A stretch of DNA of 64,000 nucleotides from Thermoplasmata archaeon (GCA_021797915.1 JAJZYT010000002.1:65040-129039), one strand, 5' to 3'; shown: positions 41,220 through 54,164, numbered from the stretch's first letter. Translations and numbers: made by a program. The notes: generated by a model not told the origin, from the letters alone.

Positions 41220-41564
41220 ATGAGACTATCTGTTTTGGCACTGACTATATTGATTATCGCCGTGGTTCCAGTATCTTTCGTCCACGGGACTAGCGCGACC
41301 CAACCGTTTGCGTCCGCAGCTGTGAACAATGCTACGGCAATCAATGGGATTGTTCAGAGGGCGTTTGGAATAATAGCGGGAATTTCTGGACTGATAATCG
41401 CAATACTATGGATACCGATAGCAGTTGGCTATTTCTCAAAGGACATGGACAGAAAGGCTGACGCCAAAGAGAGGACCAAGGATGCATTAATTGGGACAGT
41501 CATATTCGTAATGGCTGTGAGCGGTGTATTGTACGCAGTGGTTCACTACATAGTTGCTGGCTAA
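41220..41564 (+). CDS. VirB2/TrbC-like (T4SS-type) pilin
   Basis: Signal peptide then two hydrophobic helices separated by a charged loop (FSKDMDRKADAKERTKDALIG), the conjugative-pilin architecture; gene context. Confidence 0.7.
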   Translation: MRLSVLALTILIIAVVPVSFVHGTSATQPFASAAVNNATAINGIVQRAFGIIAGISGLIIAILWIPIAVGYFSKDMDRKADAKERTKDALIGTVIFVMAVSGVLYAVVHYIVAG

Positions 41565-41579
41565 TCAAGAAATGATTCG

Positions 41580-42611
41580 ATGAACTTCGTTTCGATAATA
41601 GTAGATGCAATACTCAAGGCAATAAGTTACATAGTTTCCGCGATCGTGCTCATAGGTAAACCGATACTTGAATCGCTGTACAACGGTTACATTTCCAAGT
41701 ATCTCTTGTCACCCGGGTACGCATTCCCAAATATAGTGAACGGAAGCATTGGGGTGGGAGTGAAATCGCTCTACTACTTTGTAATGTTCAACATTTATGA
41801 TCCAGGCCTCACAATTGTTCTTACGATCTTGGGGATACTGATACTCCTCAACAGCAGCATTCAACTGGGGTACGACTTCAGAAACATTTGGATCAAGATT
41901 CTGTTGCTTCTGGTCCTTTCTAACATATCGTTCTTTCTGCTTCAGGATTTCCTTTACATTGGTTCTTTGCTGTATACCCAATTCTGGAACTTTGGTTTTC
42001 CATTGCATAACTTTTCTTCAGGTTCCAACATTCTTGCTGGCCTTCAAATCGGGGGTGCGTCAGGGTCGATTGTGAGTCTATTGATACTCATCATCTTTAT
42101 CTTTTTGATGCTCTATCTGCTGCTTTTCCTATCACTAAGGGCTGCGATCATCTACACGCTTCCTATACTCGCTCCAGTCTTCACTCTTCTCTTCATAATT
42201 CCGCAGACCAAAGAAATGGGAGAGAGACTGTGGTATCTTTTCATTGACTCGCTAGTCGCCCCATTGTTGATGGCTGTTCCTTTGATATTATCCACTTATG
42301 TAAGAAATAACAGTGTGCTGGTTCTGGGCTTTCTCGCGCTTGCGGATGCAATCCCTACAATGTTTGCAATGACCCAATCTTCAAGAAATGCAACAAACTT
42401 TCTCGGAAGATCTGTTGGAAGAGGGGTCAACACTTCAATCAGTAAGATTAGCACGAACTTGAAGGGAGCAGAGACTATTGTCAAAACTTTTGCGACACCT
42501 TCTGAGGGCGGAGGAACTAACGGAACTCCACAAATCGGCGCAGTGCGTCAGTTCAGTCCTTTGAACGGCGGCGGATCATCAAACTCTTCCCTTTTTTTCA
42601 AGGTGAGGTGA
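41580..42611 (+). CDS. Polytopic membrane protein, VirB6/TrbL/CedA-like
   Basis: About 6-7 TMs with LR..IIY.L.ILAP...L.FIIPQT...G..LW segment and Gly/Ser-rich C-terminal tail; gene context. Confidence 0.6.
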   Translation: MNFVSIIVDAILKAISYIVSAIVLIGKPILESLYNGYISKYLLSPGYAFPNIVNGSIGVGVKSLYYFVMFNIYDPGLTIVLTILGILILLNSSIQLGYDFRNIWIKILLLLVLSNISFFLLQDFLYIGSLLYTQFWNFGFPLHNFSSGSNILAGLQIGGASGSIVSLLILIIFIFLMLYLLLFLSLRAAIIYTLPILAPVFTLLFIIPQTKEMGERLWYLFIDSLVAPLLMAVPLILSTYVRNNSVLVLGFLALADAIPTMFAMTQSSRNATNFLGRSVGRGVNTSISKISTNLKGAETIVKTFATPSEGGGTNGTPQIGAVRQFSPLNGGGSSNSSLFFKVR

Positions 42612-43198
42612 TTATGGTGAAGATGACCAAGTTTCAGATGTCTTCGTTTAGAATTGGTTCGCTGGAGGGTGCAATCCTCTATCGTCTGATTTTGGTCTCA
42701 TTCTCTGTATTGCTATCCATTTTCTTCCTTCGTACATACGGTTTATTCACGCTCGTTCTGATCCCGATTTTCCTCCTCAGAATCCAGCATGACTATATTG
42801 ATGAGTTTGTCGTGAAGAAGGTGAGGGGAATCACTGCATTTGTGATTCATCCTTTGAAGACTGAAAAGAGCGCCTATTATGAAATATTTGGGTCGAACTA
42901 TGGTTTATCAGATCAACAAGACAGGAACATAGTCTATGTATGGGAGTCGATCGTCGGAACGTTTTCGGAAGATTTGACGATCATTAGGCATCCATACAAA
43001 ATTCCCCTTCAGCGGTTTTTGAAGGGTGATGACGAGTACAATTCCCTGTTTTCTAAACCAGAGAGGTATGCGGAAGCTTACTTTGTAAAGATCAACAAAA
43101 CCAAGACGGACGATTTCGAGAAGATTTTGGGGAATTATGGGGTACAGTTCTCAAAGTTAAGTGAGGAAGAGGTAGGAGTTCTGGATGCCCAGCTCTGA
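42608..43198 (+). CDS. PrgI/VirB3-like membrane protein with cytoplasmic domain
   Basis: Two N-terminal TMs, then soluble YYEIFGSNYGLSDQQD domain; overlaps both neighbours and precedes VirB4. Confidence 0.5.
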   Translation: MIMVKMTKFQMSSFRIGSLEGAILYRLILVSFSVLLSIFFLRTYGLFTLVLIPIFLLRIQHDYIDEFVVKKVRGITAFVIHPLKTEKSAYYEIFGSNYGLSDQQDRNIVYVWESIVGTFSEDLTIIRHPYKIPLQRFLKGDDEYNSLFSKPERYAEAYFVKINKTKTDDFEKILGNYGVQFSKLSEEEVGVLDAQL

Positions 43199-44768
43199 AA
43201 AAAATCAGTCTTCTGTAATCCAGAAGGAGTGGTATTTCGTCAGGAATGGAGAAGCACACTCCTTCCTGTTTGCCAAGGATTATCCTTTCGAGATCGACTC
43301 AAAGTTTAGATCCAAGATTACTGGAGAAGATTCGAAGATAGGGCAGATAGTCAATATACATCCTGTTGAAGACAGCATTGCATGGGAGATAATAACAAGG
43401 GAATTTGGAAGACGGAGCCTTAGGCTGTTAGACCATGAAAAGATGAACGACAGAAACGTGGAGTCAAACAAACTAACGGTCCAGAATATTCAAAATCTTA
43501 AGGAGGTAGTTGCTTCCGGGAAATCCAGACTCTTCAAGTATTCTTGTGCTTATTTCATTCAGGGGCAGCCCAGCAAAATTCTTCCTGCAAAGAAGGAACT
43601 ATTGTACCTGCTCAAAAAACTTGGCGTCAAGACGGAAAACAAGAGATTCTCTGATGCAAAGATCAGGAACAAGGTGATAGATGGTCAGCTTGATGGGGTT
43701 TACCTTGACCCTAGTTCAGTCTCAAACCTTGTACCGATAAACCATGGATACCTCTTTCATGAAGGTGGAACTTTCTACGGAACGTGTGAGGTCTCAAAGG
43801 CTCCTGTATTTCTGGACCGATCAGTCTTTCCTTCGTCCCACCAGCTTGTGCTGGGAATGACTGGTTTTGGTAAATCCTTCTTTGTAAAGGCTACCATGAT
43901 GAGGGAGAAGATAACTAGGAGTGTAGCCCTGAAGATAATTGATCCATTGGGGGAATACGGGCAGCTTTCCAAGTCTATCGGAATGCAATCCATTGACCTT
44001 ATGAACCAGGAAATGAACATGTTTGAAAGGGTGGAGTTTTTGAGCATTAAGGAAAATGTTGACCGTACCCTTGCTTTGATGATAACGCTCTTCGATCTCA
44101 ACAACGAGGACCGTGGTGTACTTGATACAGGAATGACAAAGATGTATGAACAGAATGAGGACCTGAATTTCCTCAGGAATTTTGTTAAGTCCAGTTCCAC
44201 TGAAACACACAATAAGATATCTCCAATTTTCGAAGGTTCCCTGAAGAAGTTCCGAACGGGTAGAAATCCCAACCTCAAAGGAGATCTCAGAATTGATCTG
44301 AAGAATGTTCCTAAGAAACTCCTTCCATTCTACATGCTGCTTTCACTCGATCTCATTATGAGAAGCGATGAGTCAAGTCCTGTAAACTTGGTAATTGACG
44401 AGGCGCACTACTTATTGCAAGAGAGCGTGGTCACATCTGTAGAGAGGTACATAAGACACGCCAGACACAGCAATGTCTCCATGATTTTCATCTCGCAATC
44501 TGCAAACGACTTCTTGAAAAACGGGCCAGCTATAACAGTCATGGAGAACTGCTCAATCCACATTCTGTTTCGACACCAGGTAATCACGGATGAGATGGTA
44601 AGATTCTATTCATTAGACGAAGGACTCTCCAATTTCCTGAGGATGGGGGCCGGCTATAACGGCAAACATTCAACTGCGCTCTTCCTGACTCCAGGTTTCA
44701 CAACCATTCTCAAATTTCAATCCAGCAAGGAGGAGATCGAAAAAATAGATGGAATTCCTAAAGGTTGA
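43185..44768 (+). CDS. VirB4/TraE-like ATPase
   Basis: H.LVLGMTGFGKS Walker A, IIDPLGEY, LVIDEAH Walker B, R.ARH, ISQSANDF, MENCS. Confidence 0.85.
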   Translation: MPSSEKNQSSVIQKEWYFVRNGEAHSFLFAKDYPFEIDSKFRSKITGEDSKIGQIVNIHPVEDSIAWEIITREFGRRSLRLLDHEKMNDRNVESNKLTVQNIQNLKEVVASGKSRLFKYSCAYFIQGQPSKILPAKKELLYLLKKLGVKTENKRFSDAKIRNKVIDGQLDGVYLDPSSVSNLVPINHGYLFHEGGTFYGTCEVSKAPVFLDRSVFPSSHQLVLGMTGFGKSFFVKATMMREKITRSVALKIIDPLGEYGQLSKSIGMQSIDLMNQEMNMFERVEFLSIKENVDRTLALMITLFDLNNEDRGVLDTGMTKMYEQNEDLNFLRNFVKSSSTETHNKISPIFEGSLKKFRTGRNPNLKGDLRIDLKNVPKKLLPFYMLLSLDLIMRSDESSPVNLVIDEAHYLLQESVVTSVERYIRHARHSNVSMIFISQSANDFLKNGPAITVMENCSIHILFRHQVITDEMVRFYSLDEGLSNFLRMGAGYNGKHSTALFLTPGFTTILKFQSSKEEIEKIDGIPKG

Positions 44769-46788
44769 ATCTATAGCACCATTCAATGAATCAAACCCAT
44801 TCCTGCTATCCTGGTTAAGAAGCGGGAAGAGGATTGAGATATTATTCTTCAAGCAAGAAGGAGAAGGAGTGAAACTGTATTTTGGAGGAGATTGTAGAGA
44901 CCTTCTGAAAAAGTCAGGATGGAAGACCTCAGAAACATTTCAATTCAATGAGAGTGGAAAGAGAGTCTTTGTGAAAGGTGACTCACAGACGATTAGATTC
45001 GGAAGTGAAAATCATGCAGACAAGATTGCAGAGTTGCTGAATGAGGAAGAAACTGGTTTTCTATTCATTTCGCTGATACCTCACTATTTCAGTCCGGTCT
45101 CTAATAAGGAACAAAGAGTTGAAGACAAATTTCTAGAAAGAAAGGCAAGGGAAAGAAAAGGGTGGAGGGTCGAACTATCCTACAGGAACGAGAACCTAGG
45201 GAATTACCTTAGTCACATATTCTCTTCTCCTAAAGTTGTGACGAGGAGGGGAAGATTTGGGATCTCCAGACCGGTTATTGCCTGGTGGGAAGTACACCAA
45301 TTCATCCCAACAAGCACGCACTCCCTAAAGGGGGGAGACGTGAGAGTTGGCTCAACCCCTAACAGGGGAGAAATATTCATAGACACCAACAACAACCCGC
45401 ACACCTTGATCAGTGGGTCCTCAGGGGCAGGCAAGAGTTCAATGATAGTAGGAATGATGAATCACATACTGATCAATCAATTGGGAAAAGTAATATTGAT
45501 TGATCCTCACGGAGACACTTCTAAGAAGATGGAGGAATCCGCCTTCAAGAAATTTGTAATATCTCCAGATTCTGCAAATTCCATAAATGTAATAGGCGTC
45601 GGTAGGGAAAATGGGATAACTTACAAAGTTGCAGAAGAATTTGTTTCAATTCTCAGGTCTTCAAGAGAAATCCAATACACAGACCCTCTAGTTGGTCCAA
45701 GGATGGAGGACCTGATCTCCCGAGGAATCTCTCTTCTTGGAAAAATGAAGGGGACGACATTAGTAGATTTTTACAACATCCTCAGAGAAGATGATACAAG
45801 GAAAGAAATTGCCTCCACCTGTAACAACAATGAGCTGAGAAAATTTCTGGACGAATTGGGGGGCATGTCAAGAGAGGAACTTGCGAGTACAGAGAGGGCG
45901 ATAGGCAGGCTGGTGAACGATCCGATGGTGAGATCCCTGGTATGCAATCCAGACGATGAAGGTACCCTCTCAAATGCACTAGCAGAAAACGATCTTGTCT
46001 TGATAGATCTCGAGAGAAGCAGCCTGGGTTACGAAGATTCGAGATTGATGTCAAATATCATGGCTCTCTACATCTGGTTTGCTATCGCTTCCTCAAGGAA
46101 TGGAAACTATTTCCTTTTCCTGGAAGAAGCTCAGGATTACCAGAGCGCGCTTATAGCAGATATGCTAAGTTCTGGAAGGAAGTTTGGCCTGAGAGTATTC
46201 TTCTTGACCACTTCATTCAAATCTATTATTGACAGGTTGTCCTCTCTGTTCTACTCAAACATTTCCAATTACATTTTCATGAAACTCACGGACCCAGACA
46301 AGATCAAGGCAAAGGAACTAATAATGACGGACATAGAAATGCCAAACGAATCTTTCGATTTCGTGCTAATCAACCCCTTTGGAAAGGAAAGGGGCTCAGT
46401 AGAGCCAGTTCGTTTCTCACGGAAAACCAAAGAATTCATAATTAGAAATTACGACTTTATTTCCGAGAGAAAGAAGAGGAATCTATCGCTGCAAATAGAT
46501 GATCTGATATCTCAAATGAAGAGCAGGGAGACCACCTTTTTCGTTTTAGAAGAATTCTGTCAGGTACTGGAAGGATACGACAAAAGAGAAGTCATTACAC
46601 TGCTCAAGGAGAAAATCAACCGGGACCAGAGCATTCACTACGTTGGCAGGATATCACTTGACTCTGGTACGTTTAAGGGGAGGCACGAGTGCTTCCAGGT
46701 CGTGGGGGAAAGAGATGCAACATCCAATCTCCCGAACGAATTCAAGGTCACGAGTGATCTCATTTCCAACCTGTTGGTGAAGAAATGA
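44749..46788 (+). CDS. VirD4/TraD coupling-protein-like (HerA/FtsK superfamily) ATPase
   Basis: NPHTLISGSSGAGKS, LIDPHGD, GPRMED, FLEEAQ, LSSGRKFGL, NISNYIF. Confidence 0.78.
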   Translation: MEFLKVESIAPFNESNPFLLSWLRSGKRIEILFFKQEGEGVKLYFGGDCRDLLKKSGWKTSETFQFNESGKRVFVKGDSQTIRFGSENHADKIAELLNEEETGFLFISLIPHYFSPVSNKEQRVEDKFLERKARERKGWRVELSYRNENLGNYLSHIFSSPKVVTRRGRFGISRPVIAWWEVHQFIPTSTHSLKGGDVRVGSTPNRGEIFIDTNNNPHTLISGSSGAGKSSMIVGMMNHILINQLGKVILIDPHGDTSKKMEESAFKKFVISPDSANSINVIGVGRENGITYKVAEEFVSILRSSREIQYTDPLVGPRMEDLISRGISLLGKMKGTTLVDFYNILREDDTRKEIASTCNNNELRKFLDELGGMSREELASTERAIGRLVNDPMVRSLVCNPDDEGTLSNALAENDLVLIDLERSSLGYEDSRLMSNIMALYIWFAIASSRNGNYFLFLEEAQDYQSALIADMLSSGRKFGLRVFFLTTSFKSIIDRLSSLFYSNISNYIFMKLTDPDKIKAKELIMTDIEMPNESFDFVLINPFGKERGSVEPVRFSRKTKEFIIRNYDFISERKKRNLSLQIDDLISQMKSRETTFFVLEEFCQVLEGYDKREVITLLKEKINRDQSIHYVGRISLDSGTFKGRHECFQVVGERDATSNLPNEFKVTSDLISNLLVKK

Positions 46789-46817
46789 TATTTATCCATA
46801 AAGACATTGGACAAGTG

Positions 46818-47435
46818 ATGAAAGGGGAGGTCAACGATAGTTACCTCAATGCACTCCTCAGGCTAGAGGTAAAAAATGATTATTCACTGGAGCCAGTCTC
46901 AATACAATTTTACAAAGAGGCCAGGAATTATCTCGAGAGCCTTAAAGAGAAAATAGAAACTGAAACCGTGAAAAAGAATTCCAGACAGGTAGGTAAACTG
47001 ACAAATGAACTGGAAGGATCAGAAAAATTTCTGAAGAAGATAATAGAGTTGAGAGTATCGAAGATCCTTAAGGCGAAAGCGAACAACGAAAAGGAAGAGC
47101 TTGAAGGGAAGATGACTCCCGAGGAACAGATCTTCTTCGAGAACATAGCTAAGTCAGTGAGTGAATTTTCAACGCAGCTCGAACAGGGTGAAATCATAAT
47201 ACCCTCAAAGGAAAAAGAAGATGAAGAAGAGGCTGAAATGGAAGTCGGAGGGGAGCAGGAAGAGTCAGAAGAAAAGAAAGTGGCAGTATACATTCTGGAA
47301 GAAATCAAGGGAATATCGATAATGGGTAAACCCGTTAACCTCAGAAAGGAGGACATAGTCACTCTCCCATTAAAATACGCGGGAGTGATTGTTAAACAGG
47401 GTCTAGGAAAAATACTGGAAGGAAGAGAGGAATAA
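46818..47435 (+). CDS. DNA replication complex GINS protein (Gins51-type)
   Basis: FY..A..YL, LRVSKI, MTPEEQ.FF A-domain, acidic linker, L.KEDIVTLP...A..IV..G B-domain; ATG 46818 lies 27 nt after TTTAT. Confidence 0.82.
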   Translation: MKGEVNDSYLNALLRLEVKNDYSLEPVSIQFYKEARNYLESLKEKIETETVKKNSRQVGKLTNELEGSEKFLKKIIELRVSKILKAKANNEKEELEGKMTPEEQIFFENIAKSVSEFSTQLEQGEIIIPSKEKEDEEEAEMEVGGEQEESEEKKVAVYILEEIKGISIMGKPVNLRKEDIVTLPLKYAGVIVKQGLGKILEGREE

Positions 47436-47574
47436 GTCTCAATTTGCGAGTCCCTGAATGGGTATCGGCTCATTCGTTCCTCCTCAAAAAGGAAATATTT
47501 TCTTTGTCAAGGTCAAGAATTAAGAAAATACTACGGTTCTGGTGGCATAGAAAAATAGCCGAAAAATAGAGATT

Positions 47575-47590
47575 AAGAAATCTATATATA
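47575..47590 (+). promoter_or_regulatory. BRE/TATA promoter of the 23S rRNA gene
   Basis: Purine-rich AAGAAA followed by TATATATA at 47583-47590. Confidence 0.7.
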
Positions 47591-47682
47591 CAGAGTGTCG
47601 CTATCGTTATTTTGCTCATTATGCACCCTGTGATTGTATAGTCGCAGGGGAAGGACTGAAACCTTTTTAGGGTTGATGAAGG

Positions 47683-50653
<2,971 letters not shown>

Positions 50654-50664
50654 TTTATGAGCAA

Positions 50665-50679
50665 CTTTTCTATTTGTTT
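50665..50679 (+). terminator. T-rich tract after the 23S precursor
   Basis: CTTTTCTATTTGTTT immediately after the outer processing helix. Confidence 0.45.
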
Positions 50680-50831
50680 AGCCTCTAATCTTAGGGACCT
50701 TTTCCTTGTCCGAGTACAAATTTGTCATAATAGAATCAGCCTTGAGAGTCCTTATGAATGAGTTGTGATGTAAGTCAAAGAATGAGGTGAAACCAAGCGA
50801 TGTTAATTATGTTTTAACATTTAGACTAATT

Positions 50832-51839
50832 TTACTTCTTCTTGCTTTCGAACAGTTTTTCCAAGTCATCGGCATCCTGGGTGGAAAGGGATATGTTTCC
50901 ACTTCCAACGTTCTCCTCTAGTTGTTCTTCCCTTGTGGCCCCTAGGATTGGAAAGATGTATTTCCCTCTGTTGATGAGCCAGCACAGAGCAAGTTGCGAC
51001 ATGGTCACATCCTTTTGTTTGGCAATCACGCTGAATTTTTCGAGAGATGCCTGGTTTTCCGCTTGAAGTTGGTTCTTCTCAAACCATCTCTCATATTCCT
51101 TTCGCGAATCCCTGCTGTTTTCTTTGATGTATCTCCCTGCAAGGACTCCTTGCGCTAGTGGACTGTAGATCATCGATGCAAGCGAGTTGTCCTCTGCTAC
51201 CTTTATGTTAGTATTCTCCAGTTCCCTCTCAATCAGGTTGTACTTGTCCTGAATGAAAGCCGGCGGTTCAAGTGGCTCAAAATATCTGAGATTGAGAAAT
51301 TTGATGATGCTGTGGGCGGAGTGATTCGAAATTCCATAGTGAAGTATCAAACCCTCGTCCTCAAGGATATTCATCGTCTTTGCAGTTTGCTCAATTCCGC
51401 TATCTTCATCGGGGCCATGAACCATATAGAAGTCCACATATTTCAACTTGAGTCTCTCCAGACTTTTTGCAATTGCACTCCGCACGTGTTTCCTATTGGC
51501 ACCCAGGTCATTTGGAAGAGGTCCAGTTCTGCCCATTACCTTCGTAGAGATCACAAAGCTCTCTCTATCATAACCCTTCAATGCTTCTCCAACAATCTTC
51601 TCTGCTAACCCAACATTCTCAAAATTCGTTGCAAAAGTATCTCTATCATAAATCCCCCTGTAAACGTCAGCTGTATCGAAAAAGTTGATACCTAAATCGT
51701 ATGCTTTCTTTATCAATTTAATTGAAGTTTGCCTGTTTACTTCCCTCTTTCCGCTTGTTTCACGGCTCGGAAGATACCACGTACCAAATATCAATTCAGA
51801 AACCTTGACTCCAGTCTTGCCAAAGCTCTTGTACTTCAT
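50832..51839 (-). CDS. Aldo/keto reductase
   Basis: GINFFDTADVY, ISTKV, SLERL...YVD, YSPLAQGVL, PILGA. Confidence 0.93.
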   Translation of the reverse strand: MKYKSFGKTGVKVSELIFGTWYLPSRETSGKREVNRQTSIKLIKKAYDLGINFFDTADVYRGIYDRDTFATNFENVGLAEKIVGEALKGYDRESFVISTKVMGRTGPLPNDLGANRKHVRSAIAKSLERLKLKYVDFYMVHGPDEDSGIEQTAKTMNILEDEGLILHYGISNHSAHSIIKFLNLRYFEPLEPPAFIQDKYNLIERELENTNIKVAEDNSLASMIYSPLAQGVLAGRYIKENSRDSRKEYERWFEKNQLQAENQASLEKFSVIAKQKDVTMSQLALCWLINRGKYIFPILGATREEQLEENVGSGNISLSTQDADDLEKLFESKKK

Positions 51840-51980
51840 GATTCAGTTAACCGCAACTCATTCAAATTTTTTAGGTTCCAAACTGCGGAACTAGCTGATG
51901 AGAATCGAGTTCCAATTTGTCATCATTACGGTCATGCTTCCAAAAGAAGTTAATATTGCCGTGCTTATAGGGAAAATCAG

Positions 51981-52065
51981 GCGGAGGTTGTCGAGCTTGG
52001 TCAAAGGCACTAGATTCAGGGTCTAGTCCCGTAGGGGTTCGCCGGTTCAAATCCGGCCCTCCGCA
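51981..52065 (+). tRNA. tRNA-Leu (CAG), long variable arm, CCA not encoded
   Basis: GCGGAGG acceptor pairs with CCTCCGC-A; CTAGA-TTCAGGG-TCTAG anticodon arm; GGTTCAAATCC. Confidence 0.97.
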
Positions 52066-52239
52066 CTGAGAGAAATAATAGATCAGGTTTGTCAAAAACA
52101 GTTGTTGATTAAGCATCTCTTTTCAGTAACAGTAAATGTATGGATAAGAGAGGTGAATTTTGGCATCTAAACCCACGGTAGGCGGGGTTATGCCTTCTGG
52201 TCACTAAATCCATAAATACGGATATGTTGTTTTAGAACA

Positions 52240-53979
52240 ATGAAAGTACTCGTCTTTGTGAAACAAATTCCCGACGTGCATGACATAAAATTCGACTCGG
52301 TTACTAACAGGATATTGAGGGAAGGAGTACCATTGATGATGAACTCTTTTGACAAGAAGGCGGTTGAGGAGGCAATAAGGCTTGGAGAGAAGTATGGCGC
52401 AGAGACGATCATAGCTTCTATGGGTCCCCCGAGCGCAGTCGATGTTCTAAATGAGGGTATGAAAATGGGGATACAAAAAGGTTACCTCTTAACTGATAGA
52501 AAATTCGGTGGATCGGACACACAGGCAACTTCAACGATACTCTCCAGGTTCGCGTCCACAATTAAGCCTGCCATCATTCTTACTGGAAAATATTCGTTGG
52601 ACGGAGAAACTTCCCAGGTCCCCCCAGAAATAGCTGTAAAACTATCCTACAATTTTAAATCAAGCATTTCGAAGATTGAAGTTAATGGTGACAAAGCTGT
52701 AGTGGAACACGAAAATGAACTCGGGCTATACAACATCGGTGTTACTCTCCCCGCTGTCTTTTCCGTGAGTGAGAAGATTAACAAAGCAAGACCAATCAAA
52801 CCCGGAGCCCCGGATTACTCAGATTCCATCGTCACAATTGATTCGTCGACGTTGAAACTAGATTCAAATGGTGTCGATATGAGCCCTACAGTTGTGTTTG
52901 CAACTAAGACCATGCAGAGTACCAGGAGATGCGAGATTCTAGAAACGAACCAAGACGTATTCAGAACATTGACGGCAATCTTAAAGGAAAACCAGGTCAA
53001 AGCAGAGACATCGTCGAAAGTTCCAATGCCGAGCTTCAGTTTGGAGGGACCGCTGATTATGGGAATCGCACTTGATGACCCACAGATTTCGGTGGAGATT
53101 GCCACTAAAATTTCATCCCTTGCCATGTCGAATAATCTCAACCCAGTAATGTTAGGGAATATACCACAAGAAAAACTCAAAGGAATGCGATCACCCGTCT
53201 ATTATCATTTAGGGTCGCAAGATTTGTTTGATATGCTGACGGCGCTACTGAATTTCATCGATGAGAAACATCCCGAATATGTCATTTTTCCTTCTACTAC
53301 TAGGGGGAGAGAACTTGCCGGGACAATTGCAGGTGAACTTAACCTTGGTCTTACGGCGGATTGTGTGGACCTTGAAATAGACAAAGGAAGATTGATACAA
53401 CACAAACCTTCATTCGGCGGTTCAATAATCGCTTCAATCTATTCTAAGACAAAACCCGCAATGGCAACAGTTAGACCAGGCATTTTTGAAACGATGCTAA
53501 CGGACGAAGCGTTTCAGGTCAAGGAATTGGATGTTGAAAGCTACAGACACGAGGAGATTCTTTCTTTTTCGCCTGTCCCTGAAGAATACCAGCCACTTCA
53601 TTCCGGAAGGATTGTATTTGGAATTGGGAGAGGCGCAACTAGTAAGGAAACGATCAAGAAAGTGTTGCAGCTTGCGCAAATGACGGGCGGGACTATTGGC
53701 GCATCGAGGCCGGTGGTAGACATGGGGCTCATTCCAAGACAGCAACAAATAGGCCTGACAGGATATTCAATTTCTCCAGACGTATATATTGCTTTAGGTA
53801 TATCCGGTCAAGCAAATCACGTAGTCGGTTTAAGATACTGCAAAAAGGTAATAGCAATCAACACAGATCCCAATTCAATGATATTCAAATTCGCCGATTA
53901 TGGCTTAATTATGGATGTCACAAAATTCCTAGATGGAATGATTTCGCAAATAGACACAGAATCTTCGACTATTCATTGA
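52240..53979 (+). CDS. Fused electron transfer flavoprotein beta+alpha (FixA/FixB-like)
   Basis: N-terminal KQIPD, N.FD..AVEEA, GSDT.AT, DGET.QV; C-terminal GLTADC, G.GRG, GASRP.VD, QQIGLTG, GISG...H. Confidence 0.92.
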   Translation: MKVLVFVKQIPDVHDIKFDSVTNRILREGVPLMMNSFDKKAVEEAIRLGEKYGAETIIASMGPPSAVDVLNEGMKMGIQKGYLLTDRKFGGSDTQATSTILSRFASTIKPAIILTGKYSLDGETSQVPPEIAVKLSYNFKSSISKIEVNGDKAVVEHENELGLYNIGVTLPAVFSVSEKINKARPIKPGAPDYSDSIVTIDSSTLKLDSNGVDMSPTVVFATKTMQSTRRCEILETNQDVFRTLTAILKENQVKAETSSKVPMPSFSLEGPLIMGIALDDPQISVEIATKISSLAMSNNLNPVMLGNIPQEKLKGMRSPVYYHLGSQDLFDMLTALLNFIDEKHPEYVIFPSTTRGRELAGTIAGELNLGLTADCVDLEIDKGRLIQHKPSFGGSIIASIYSKTKPAMATVRPGIFETMLTDEAFQVKELDVESYRHEEILSFSPVPEEYQPLHSGRIVFGIGRGATSKETIKKVLQLAQMTGGTIGASRPVVDMGLIPRQQQIGLTGYSISPDVYIALGISGQANHVVGLRYCKKVIAINTDPNSMIFKFADYGLIMDVTKFLDGMISQIDTESSTIH

Positions 53980-54164
53980 AATTCCTCCCTTGGGATACCT
54001 CTCAACCAATAGAAAACTCAAATCTTCGAAACTCACATACATATAGTCTCGTCAAGGCCTATTCCTGTTCATTGATTCACATAGTGGATACTGGTTATGA
54101 AGAGGGGCAACCCACTAAATCATTAATTAGATCAGAGAGGACCAATCCCCTTCTCTTATTCTTG

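Noticed and set aside
46785..46817. ATGA overlap suggesting GINS is coupled to the VirD4-like gene
   Set aside because: A TATA-like box 27 nt before ATG 46818 favours an independent downstream start; coupling is unproven
52153..52207. SD GAGGTGA plus TTG-started 15-codon ORF and an imperfect hairpin upstream of ETF
   Set aside because: No supporting homology; too short to call as a peptide or ncRNA
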